Assembly (NCBI RefSeq): GCF_009914755.1
Contig: NC_060928.1
Reading direction: 5' to 3' (one strand)
Length of the DNA: 64,000 nucleotides
Source: the human T2T-CHM13v2.0 reference genome, Homo sapiens
Below the pieces are notes generated by a model. It had not been told where the DNA came from. It did not search any database and was given only the letters and a program-made list of their open reading frames with translations. A program made the translations under genes and the position numbers. Every line of letters starts with the position of its first letter. Positions within the stretch are counted from its first letter, which is position 1. Of the stretch, positions 1 through 10,213 are shown piece after piece.

Positions 1-200
1 CATTCTAATGGTTGTTAAATGGTATTCCATTATAGTTGTAATTTGCAGATCCTGATAAATAAGCATGTTAATTATTATTCATCTTCTTATTTGACATTGG
101 TACATCTCCTCCAATAAACTCTGTGTTCAATTCTGTTGCTCATGTTTTAAAAATTAAATTTTTATATTCTTATTTTTCAACTGTAAGACTGTTTTCTCAA
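1..200 (-). mobile_element. Old L1 (L1M-type) 3' fragment
   Basis: cattctaatggttgttaaatggtattccattatagttgtaatttgc resembles the antisense L1 ORF2-end/3' region (consensus-like ccattctaa..gtgagatggtatctcattgtggttttaatttgc). Confidence 0.6.
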
Positions 201-214
201 TAGAAGTAATTTTA

Positions 215-485
215 TATGTAAGATCAAAGCACCAGCAGATTCTGTGTCTGGTGAAGACCCATATTCTGGTTCATGGATGACTCCTTCACTCTATTTTCAC
301 ATAGTGGAAGGGGCAAGGCAGTCCTCTGAGGCCTCTTTTATAAATGCAGTAATCTTACCATGAAGGTTCCACCTACACAACCTAATCATCCATCTACCAA
401 TAGCTTCACCTTCTAATGGCATCATATTGATAATTAGGTTGCAAAATAAAACTATAGGAATGACATACACATTCAGACCTTTGTA
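215..485 (-). mobile_element. MaLR LTR fragment (MLT1A/MST-like)
   Basis: aagatcaaagcaccagcagattctgtgtctggtgaagacc...gacatacacattcagacc, typical MLT1A/MST motifs. Confidence 0.7.
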
Positions 486-654
486 CCATCCTTCGAGGTC
501 AAGTTCTAATTTCTTAATAAATGTTATTATTTGGCATTGGTTATAGATAGTTTTCTCTGCAAGGATTTTCATGCATCTTTTTTTTTTCTTTCATTAACAG
601 GAGTCCTGTGTAGACTAGGAAATGGAGGAACCGTATCTTAAAGAATTATCACTA

Positions 655-962
<308 letters not shown>

Positions 963-2205
963 GAATTATAACTCTACAACTCAATAGCAAAAAGACAAAT
1001 AACCTTTTATAAATGGGCAAATGACCTGCATAGACATTTCTCCAGAGAAGACAAAAATGGTCATCAGGCATATGAGAAGACGCTCAACCTTACTAGAAAA
1101 TGCAAATCAAAATCAGGGAAATGCAAATCAAAACTACCAGAGGCCAGGCATGGTGGCTCATGCCTGTAATCCCTGCACTTTGAGAAGCTGAGGCAGGAGG
1201 GTCGCTTGAGTACCGGAGTTCAAGACTAGCCTGGGCAACTTAAGGAGACCCCATCTCTACAAAACAATGACAACAACAACAACAACACAATATTACTGCA
1301 CACTCTTTGAGAGTCTGAGGCAGGAGTATTGCTTAAGCCCAGGAGTACAAGACCAGCAATATTGCAGGTAACATAGTGAAATCCCATCTCTACAAACAAA
1401 CAAAAAACACAATGGGATATTACCTCACACCTTTTAGGATGGCTATTATTAAAAAGGCAAGAGATAACAAATATTGAGGGTGTGGAAAAAAGGTAGCTCC
1501 CTTGTACACTGCTGGTGGAAATGATGGTTGGTGCAGTCATTGTGGAAAACAGTATGGAAGTTTCTAAAGAAAATACAAATAGAGTTATCATATGACCTAG
1601 CAATTCTTCTTCTGCATATATACACAAAGGAAATGATATTATGAACTTGTAAAGACTCTCATATTCATTGTAGCATTATTCACAATAGCCAAGATATGGA
1701 AACAACCTACATGTGCGTTAAATTTGATGATATTGATAGATACATAGATAATTATGCAGCCTTAAAAGAGGAGAGCTTGCCATTTGTAACAACATAGGTA
1801 AAACTAGAAGACACTATGCTAAGAGAAATAAGTTTGACAGAAAAAGACTGACTGATCTCACTTGTATGTGGAATAAAAAAATGGATATATAGAAAGAGTA
1901 GAAAGGTAGTTACCAAGGAAGATGTATGCAGCAAAATGTACAAAGTTGCAATTCTGTCAGGTGAATAAGCCTGGAGATCTACTAGAGAGTATGAGGAATA
2001 TAGTTAATAATACTGCCAATTTGCTAAAAGAGTAGATTATAGTTACTCTTTACACATTCACACACACACAAAAATGCACAAGAAAGTGACTATGTGAGGT
2101 GATTGATATGTTAGTTTGCTTGACTAGTCATCACTTTACTATGCATATGTATATCAAAATATCATGTCATATACCTTAAATATATGCACTACATTTAAAA
2201 AATAT
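963..2205 (+). mobile_element. L1MA/MB-type 3' end, interrupted by Alu monomers
   Basis: aaatgcaaatcaaaactac, tacactgctggtggaaat, cacaatagccaagatatggaaacaacct and the terminal atatcaaaatatcatg..taccttaaatata are L1 3' hallmarks. Confidence 0.85.
1142..1407 (+). mobile_element. Two tandem Alu left-monomer/FLAM-like units
   Basis: ggccaggcatggtggctcatgcc...ccatctctacaaaa + (caa)n, then a second 5'-truncated unit ending ccatctctacaaacaaac. Confidence 0.8.
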
Positions 2206-2252
2206 ACATATAACTCTCACCATATGACTAGCAAAACCTCTGAGGACTAGGC

Positions 2253-2952
2253 TCTGAAATTTTTATCTTGCCCAAATTCCTACCTAAGGGGTCTGGGGAG
2301 TCATACCCTACAAACTATAAATTCTCATCAGACTGGTTTAATGGAACTCTGTGTATCATGACTTGCTTTCCAATCTGACTCTGGCATAACAAAGAAGAAA
2401 GTCAAAATATCTTACCATAAAACATATTTCTTTGCCATATTTTGAAATGGCCCTGTAAAACTGTCCTTTTTGGGGGAAATTTTGCATCTGTAAAGCACCT
2501 CTATTAACATAGCTAGATCTTTTTCTTCCAGGCCCTCCCAATCCTGAAGAGAATAACTAAGAGTCTAGCACCTTTTAAATGTCTCAATAGGAAACATTTG
2601 TCATCTATTCTCTATTCTAAGGGCAGCCACTATAAGACTTCAAAAGAAACTTGGCCTTGGCAATCTTTTATCTTAACCTGAAGGTTTCCTTTCTACGGAC
2701 ACCCCCACCCCGCAACAACCCGCTTTCCCACTTTGAGTTGTCCCGCCTTTCTGGACCAATCATATTTCTTAAACATATTCGATTGCTGTCTCATGCCTCC
2801 CTAAAATACATATAAAACTAAGCTGTGCCCTGACCACCTTGGGCACATGTTCTCAGGACCTCCTGAGGGCTGTGTCATGGGCCATGGTCACTCATATTTG
2901 GCTCAGAATAAATGTCAAAATATTCTACAGAGTCTGACTCTTTTTGTCAACA
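2253..2952 (+). mobile_element. ERV1 LTR, MER4-like, partial
   Basis: cccaaattcctacctaaggggtctggggagtca; ctgaccaccttgggcacatgttctcaggacctcctgagggctgtg; AATAAA; terminal ctctttttgtcaaca. Confidence 0.8.
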
Positions 2953-3269
2953 CCTCGCATATAAAATTTAAAAAATGAACCTTTATAAGATAATGGTAAC
3001 CAAAGTCACAAAAGCTAACAGCAGGCATTTTTCTAAATTACTCTTTCAATTATGTCACTCGGGTACTTTTACTCTGTGCATTTTACATGAGAACACTGAA
3101 TGTTAAAGAACCTGTCCAGGTTCATAATTCTAATAGTGGTGGTGTTGGGAATAAGCTTAGGTGAACTGATTTCAGAATACTTTAGAACAATTAGACTGTA
3201 TGACTTCTTATTATAGATAATGATAATGTAAAATTTCTTTTAAATTTAGGTAAAAAGCGCTATTACATC

Positions 3270-3717
3270 TTTCACTGGCGTCTGTGTGAAGAGAGCACCA
3301 AACAGGCTTTGTGTGAGCAATAAAGCTTTTTAATCACCTGGGTGCAGGCAGGCTGAGTCCGAAAAGAGAGTCAGTGAAGGGAGACAGGGGTGGGGCCATT
3401 TTATAGATGTGGGTAGATAGTGGAAAATTACAGTCAGAGGGGGTTGTTCTCTGGCGGGCAGGGGCGGGGTCACAAGGTGCTCATTGGGGGAGCTTTTGAG
3501 CCAGGATGAGCCAGGAGAAGGAATTTCACAAGGTGATGTCATCAGTTAAGGCAAGGACCAGCCATTTTCAGTTCTTTTGTGGTGGAATGTCATCAGTTAA
3601 GGCAGGAATGGCCATTTTCACTTCTTTTGTGATTCTTCACTTGCTTTGGGTTATCTGGACGTATATGTGCAGGTCACAGGGTATACGATGGCTTAGCTTG
3701 GGCTCAGAGGCCTGACA
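3270..3717 (-). mobile_element. HERV-H LTR7 solo LTR #1 (448 bp)
   Basis: Reverse strand begins TGTCAGGCCTCTGAGCCCAAGCTAAGCC and ends ...GTGAAA; TATAAAA (3399-3405, minus) and ATTAAA present; TSD acatc/aaatc (1 mismatch). Confidence 0.95.
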
Positions 3718-4045
3718 AAATCTGTTTTTGTTTGAATATATATAGTCTATGTTCCAGCCTTTCTAATGTCAGACAAAATTGAAATCTCCTTAAATTGATT
3801 ATAACAAAAGCAACAAAACCTCTGATTAATAAAGTTTTCCTTATAAATTATTTTATATCAGGATAAAACAAAGCGCCATTGAAATTTTTATGGGCCAAAG
3901 CTGGGATCTCAATCATTACATCTCCGGTTGCTAAGAAAATAATGAAAATGTATTTGAATAACTTTAAGGGATTAATAAAATATTTCTGGCTTTAGTGCTG
4001 ATATATATGATTTAGTAATGGCAATATATGAATATATGTGCTGAC

Positions 4046-4385
4046 TGTCAGGCCTCTGAGCCCAAGCTAAGCCATCATATCCCCTGTGACCTGCACATAC
4101 ACATCCAGATGGCCGGTTCCTGTCTTAACTGATGACATTCCACCACAAAAGAAGTGAAAATGGCCTGTTCCTGCCTTAACTGATGACATTGTCTTGTGAA
4201 ATTCCTTCTCTTGGCTCTTCCTGGCTCAAAAGCTCCCCTACTGAGCACCTTGTGACCCCCACTCTGCCCGCCAGAGATTCGCTGACTCTCTTTTCGGAGT
4301 CAGCCCGCCTGCACCCAGGTGATTAAAAGCTTTATTGCTCACACAAAGCCTGTTTGGTGGTCTCTTCACATGGACGCGCAAGAAA
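4046..4385 (+). mobile_element. HERV-H LTR7 solo LTR #2 (340 bp, ~60 bp internal deletion)
   Basis: tgtcaggcctctgagcccaagctaagcc...ggacgcgcaagaaa; perfect TSD ctgac (4041-4045 / 4386-4390). Confidence 0.95.
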
Positions 4386-4716
4386 CTGACTATTTAAAAA
4401 TTAATAGTGTACACAATGGTCTTTTTTTGGCTTTTTTTCCAGAAACTTCTGCATCTAAATTCAAATACTCTTCCTGCTCTCCAGTGGAAGTCAGTGAGCT
4501 GCTCTTGCTTCTGCCTGGGGCCAGTTCTTCTAACTTGTACCCAGGATCACTTCCCCTGTTCCCTCAAAAGAACATCTCTCCAGGCATTTCTCCTCTGTCT
4601 TTCACATCATCTTTTTTCCACTTCTGGGAATGATTCGCCTCCTCTTAGCAAATGGTGATTTTTCTTCTTTCTATTTCTACCCGATCTCTACTCAAATGCT
4701 ACCAAAGGTCCCACCC

Positions 4717-5535
4717 ATATTAGTTTCCTATGGCTGATGTAACAAATTACCACAAAGTTGATGGTTTAAAATAAACAAACAAAAAACCCTACAGTTTTAG
4801 TCTCTTGGATTTGTGGGTTAGAAATCCAAAGTGAGTTTCAAGATGTTAGCCGAATTGGGCTCTCTCTAGCAGTTCTAAGTGAATATCCCTTTCCTTGCCT
4901 TTTTCAGTTTCTAGAGCTGCATTCCTTGCATCCCTTGGCTTGTGGACTTTTCTTACCCAATCAAAATGAGCATCATGGCATTATATTTTAATTATCACAT
5001 TGCTTTCTTTTGGATGCCAAAATTCCCCTTGTTCCCCTAAGTGTCCTTGTGATTATACTTAATGTCAGGCCTCTGAGCCCAAGCCAAGCCATCATATCCC
5101 CGTGACCTGCATGTACACATCCAGATCTCCGGTTCCTGCCTTAACTGATGACATTCCACCACAAAAGAAGTGAAAATGGCCTGTTCCTGCCTTAACTGAT
5201 GACATTGTCTTGTGAAATTCCTTCTCCTGGCTCATCTTGGCTCAAAAGCTCCCCAACTGAGTACCTTGTGACCCCCACTCCTGCCTGCCAGAGAACAACC
5301 CCCCTTTCTCCTTTACCTACCCAAATCCTATAAAATGGCCCCACCCCTATCTCCCTTCGCCGACTCTCTTTTGGGACTCAGCCCGCCTGCACCCAAGTGA
5401 TTAAAAGCTTTATTGTTCACACAAAGCCTGTTTGGTGGTCTCTTCACAGGACGCGCATGAAACTTAATACCTATTTGGGTAATCTCGAATAATCTCCTCA
5501 TCTCAAGATCCTTAATTTAATGACATGTGCAATGC
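4717..5535 (-). mobile_element. MLT1 (C/D/E-like) MaLR LTR, split by LTR7 #3
   Basis: tattagtttcctatggctgatgtaacaaattaccacaaa at the start; resumes after the LTR7 with taatctcctcatctcaagatccttaatttaat. Confidence 0.75.
5063..5462 (+). mobile_element. HERV-H LTR7 solo LTR #3 (400 bp)
   Basis: tgtcaggcctctgagcccaagccaagcc...ggacgcgcatgaaa; TATAAAA at 5329-5335; perfect TSD cttaa (5058-5062 / 5463-5467). Confidence 0.95.
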
Positions 5536-5559
5536 TTTCTGAGTGTGCCAGCTCCCTGG

Positions 5560-6200
5560 ATGCTCTCTTGCACACCAACCTCAGCTTTTGCATCTATTAC
5601 TTCCTTTAACCTGAATGCTCTCTTCTAGAAAACCACTAGGCTCACTCATTCACTTTCCTTTTATCTCTTCCACAATGTTGCATTATTAGAGAGTTCCCAT
5701 AGCAAATAACAGAATATGATAACACCTCCCCCATTTCCTTTATTTTCCTGACCTAGCTTTGTCTTTCCTCTGTAGCATGATAATCCCCCAACATGTAATT
5801 TTTTTTTTTTTTTTTGAGACAGTCTCACTCTGTCGCCCAGGCTGGAGTGCAGTGGCATGATCTCAGCTCACTGCAACCTCCGCTCCCAGGTTCAAGTGAT
5901 TCTCGTGCCTCAGCTTCCCGAGTAGCTGGGATTACAGGCACCCACCTCCATACCTGGCTAATTTTTTGTATTTTTAGTAGAGACGGAGTTTCACCATGTC
6001 AGCCAGGATGGTCTTGATCTCCTGACCTCATGATCTTCCTGCCTCAGCCTCCCAAAGTGTTGGGATTACAGGCATGAGTCACCGTGCTCGGCTAACATGT
6101 AAATATTTTTTGTCTTTCTCCACTATACTATGAGCTCCATGAAGACAAATAGAGTACTGGACAAATTTTATGTCCAGAAAAGAGCTCAGCATTTGAGTAA
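5560..6200 (+). mobile_element. L2 fragment interrupted by Alu
   Basis: cctgaatgctctcttct...ggctcactcattcactt and ctatgagctccatgaagaca resemble the L2 3' region. Confidence 0.5.
5799..6093 (-). mobile_element. Alu (AluS)
   Basis: Antisense dimer with T tail; TSD aacatgtaa. Confidence 0.95.
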
Positions 6201-7373
6201 ATAATTTCCAGTCCATAACTCCTGGAATAGCAATTTACCTTTCTAATTCAACAAGAAAATATATGGATGTTATGAATAAATGTAGTTAAAATAACAGATA
6301 GTGACTTATTTTCAAAGGAAAGTCCAAAAAAAAAATGACAAGATGGATAATTCACTCACATCTTTCACAAATCGCACCAAATGGATGCGTATTTATCTCT
6401 AGGATGAGTATGAAAAGCATTGAGAAAACATTTTGTTTCTGCCACTAGTTTCCCTCAAACATTAACTCATAAAAATTTTCAGGAAAAGTACACTCGAAGA
6501 CTGAATAGCTTTTGTTGCAATCACTTTTTTACTCCAGTAAGACAACATAGATGATGTTAAAGTCTGGCTTAATATTAATGCAAACTTTAAAAAGAAAAAT
6601 AAATTTAGGAAAAAATGGCATAGTATTTGGATACAGTTAACATAATTTTGGATAAATCTGTCACCTATTTACTATTTGACATTTTCTGAAAGTACTTTAA
6701 GAAAGTCTCTTTAAGCTGTTAACCCATTTTCTCATCTGAAAAAATAATGAAACACGTATTGGCCATTAGATACAAGTTAAATCTGTGTCATTGATTTGGA
6801 AACTGTAAATCTCAACACTATTATTTTTATTAAAGCAATAATATTCATCTCTGCTTTTAATATTTCTCTTTCTTCAAAAAGTAATTTTGCTCAAAGACTA
6901 AACTTCATAAACTTGTAGATAAGAGAAAGATGAAATAATACAGAAAAAGTGCATTTGAAAAATCTTTCAAACTGAGCCAGAAAAGGGGGTAATTAAAATT
7001 ATTTGAATATCCAGATGTTCTGAATATTGTGATACAGTTTTGCATATGCTATTTTTTAATCCCCAGGTTAGCCAAATTTATACAAAATTTGAAATTTACA
7101 GTATTAATTTTTTCAAAGACACAAGAAGAATTATATATATTCCTTTGAGGTTAAGCAAATCAAGTTGTTTAATCTCACAACTTGTCTTTTTACCCCAGTT
7201 ATTACTTGGATTTTTTGATGAAGCGATATTGGTGGTCCAACTATTTCCATATAACTGAAAAACTTATAAATACTACTTTCCTTTTATAGCACTCAAATAT
7301 AACCTTTAATATTAAGTTATTCAAAGATTATGGTCTGCCTACATTTTCTACAATATCCATTTTTGACTGATAT

Positions 7374-8345
7374 TCTTATGGGATCTTTTGAGTGTCAATT
7401 TTCTGGCTGAAAACCTGTGGCCAGTGGCACCTTTGCCTGAGTTCTTGTCCTGCGTCCAGGAAGCACGAGGTATGCAGACAAGTGAAGGGGGAACAAGGCA
7501 AAGATGAGCTTTATTAAGTGTTAGAACAGCTCAGAGGAGACCTACAGTGGGTAGCTCCCCTCTGTAAGCAGGTCATTCCATGGAGTGTTCACCTCTCAGC
7601 AGACAGGAGGCCCTTGAGAAGGTAGCTCCTCTCTGCCTTCAGTTGCCTGATGTCTGCAGCTCTCAGCAGAGAGTAGGCACTGGAGAGAGTGGCTTCTCTC
7701 TGCTGGCAGGTCATCCCATCATCTGTGCAGCTCTCAGCAAAGAAGGTAATTCCTTTCTGCAGCTGGCTGTCCCATCACCTCCAGCTTTCAGCAGATAGGG
7801 TACATCCTCTCTGCAGCTGTTCTTCCCTTCCTCTCTGTCCTCTTCATTCTCTGCCCTGCCCTGGCTGAGCTCGGGCTTTAATGGGTCTCAGAGTGAAGAA
7901 GTGCATGCTGAATGGCTCATGGGCAGCCATGGTTGGGCCCAGAGAAAAGCACCATGAGTTCCCCCTCCAGCCCACAGGACTGGCATCTCAGCCCCCAGGC
8001 TTCAGGCCTGCCCTGGGCCTGAAGGTGAGGCTTCACTAGGGACCCGCCCCCTTCCACCTAGGAGCCTGTCTGCCTCCCAGAGTCATCCATGGCACACAGG
8101 CTGCTGGCACCAAGGGGCACCTGCAGGACAGCACCTGGCTGCCCTCAGCACCCCCCGTTAGGTTCCCCTCCTATGCTCCTTGACACCCAAAGTACAGAGA
8201 GGGCTGAGGCAGCAGAAGGCTGGCATATCAACACTGCCCCTAGTGTGTGCACACCCAGCTGGGCTGAAACAGCACCTGGGCTGAGCCTCAACCTCACTTC
8301 GATATTGGAGCAGAACCAGGAGTGGGGGCAGAGAAAAGCAAGTGG
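7374..8345 (-). mobile_element. MER52-like ERV1 LTR, truncated
   Basis: gggatcttttgagtgtc..ttttctggctgaaaacctgtggcc..gttcttgtcctgcgtccaggaa; internal cagctctcagcagagag repeats; GC-rich. Confidence 0.8.
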
Positions 8346-9222
8346 GATAAAAAAATTAGACTCATTCTTTTGCTATCTTCAAAAGATTCATTTCATGTGT
8401 AAAAACACTGACAGGCTCAAATAAAAGGTTGGAAAAAGAACTACCACACAAATGGAAAACAAAAAAGAGCAGAGGTCACTATTCTTATATTAAGTATAAT
8501 AGACTTTAAACAAACAATAGTAAAAAGGAACAAATAAGCATTAAATCATGATAAAGGAATCAATTTAATAAGATTTAACTATCTTAAATATATGTGCACC
8601 CAACATTGGAGCAATCAGATTTATGAAACAGGTACTTCTAAACCTATGAAAAGACTTAGACAGTGACACAATAATAGTGGGAGTCTACAACTCCCCACTG
8701 ATACTACCAGGCAGATCATCAAGGCAGAAAAATAACAGAAATTCTGGACTTAAATTTGATACATGACTAATTGGACCTAATAGACATCCACAATGCTTCA
8801 CCCATCAACCACAGAATATACTTTCTTTTAACCTTCACACAGAACATATTCCAAGATTGACTACATGCTCAATCATAAAGCAAGTCTCAATACATTCCAA
8901 AAATCACAATCATAGCAATAATACCCTTGGACCCCAGTGGAATACAAACAGAAACTAATACCAAGAAGATCTCTCTAAATCACATGATTACATAAAAATT
9001 AAACAACTTGCTCCTGAATAAAATTTGGGTAAACAACAAACTTAAGGCAAAAACCCAAAAATTCTTCGAAAGGAATGAAAACAGAGACACAGCATGCCAA
9101 AATCTCTGGGATGCAGCAAAAATAGTGTTAAGAGGAAAATTTATAGCAGTAAACATCTACCTCAAAAAGCTAGAAGTTTCTCAAATTAACGATCTCACAT
9201 CTCACCCAGAGGAACTAAAAAA
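8346..9222 (+). mobile_element. L1 (L1PB-like) ORF2 endonuclease-region fragment, decayed
   Basis: Translations KNTDRLK and [42 protein letters not shown] match the L1 ORF2 N-terminal region; frameshifts and stops present. Confidence 0.9.
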
Positions 9223-9809
9223 TATATAGTTTGTGTCAAACTTTGACTCTACCCTACTTACCACCATTACCAAACCCAACATATAAAATAAGAAGACATT
9301 CTCTTTTTTGTCTTTCAGTCAGTAAGTGAGGCAAAGAAAGCTTTAGGTTTTGAGGATAAAAGGCAGTAAATGTTAGAAACTAGCTTACTAATCCTCCTGA
9401 TCCTCTTCTGCAATATGAGTTTTTGGGACAGATGCTGACATGACTGACAGCAATCTACCAGGAAAGCCAGGAACTTGCTTCTGCTCACTCTCCCAACACT
9501 GAAGAGAGTTGTGATGATCCAATTAAATGAAAAATCAAAAAAGTTTTCCCCTTGAATTCCTTCTTAATCCCTATCTTAGAAATATTTATAAAACTTCACA
9601 ATCTAAAGGCCCTTGATCATAAATTGAAATTTAGGGCTAGATTCTTCAGTCTAGTGAAGTTCATCAAAAAGGCTTTCCACAATTATTCAGAAACTCATTC
9701 TAGATCTCTTTTTACTCTTTATTGTGAACTGAGTCTCTGAGACCATATTCCAATCATAATTCCAACCCTTAGCTTAATTAACTGATGTTAAATATATCCA
9801 TATGGAATT

Positions 9810-10213
9810 AAATGACTGTCTCTATGCTGCTATAACAAAATATTCGAGACTCGGTATTTATAAGTAACAGAGATTTATTTCTCACAGTCCAGAAGCTGTG
9901 AAGTCCAGATCAATTCACCAGCAGGTTCAATGTCTGATGAGGGCCCGTGCCTCATAGATGACACCAAAGACACCCTCACATGGTCAAAGGGCACAAAATA
10001 AGGATGAATGCTGTGTCCTCACTTGGTAGAAGGACAGCAAAGCACAAGGAGAGTAGCCTAGTTCCCTCCAACACTTTCATATCAAGCATAATCTATTCAA
10101 GATGGTGGAACCCTTATGATTTAATCACTTCCCCATAGACCCCACCTCATAATATCCCCACAATGGGGATTAATTTTCACCACATAAAGTTTGAGGGACA
10201 TTCATTCATAGCA
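9810..10213 (-). mobile_element. MaLR LTR (MSTC/D or MLT1A-like)
   Basis: tgctgctataacaaaata..atttatttctcacagt..ccccacctc..ttgagggacattca..atagca. Confidence 0.75.

Noticed and set aside
1100-1128. Two ATGCAAAT octamers 2 kb from the LTR7 cluster
   Set aside because: This word is part of the L1 consensus; the pair is a short local duplication with no evidence of function.
4046-5462. A single internally deleted HERV-H provirus (LTR-int-LTR)
   Set aside because: Each LTR has its own perfect TSD, there is no PBS or PPT, and the interior contains an older MLT1 that continues beyond LTR #3.
7560-7820. Spaced repeats (ctctcagcag.. / ctcctctctg) that look array- or CRISPR-like
   Set aside because: These are internal degenerate repeats of the MER52-like LTR in a primate genome, with no cas genes.
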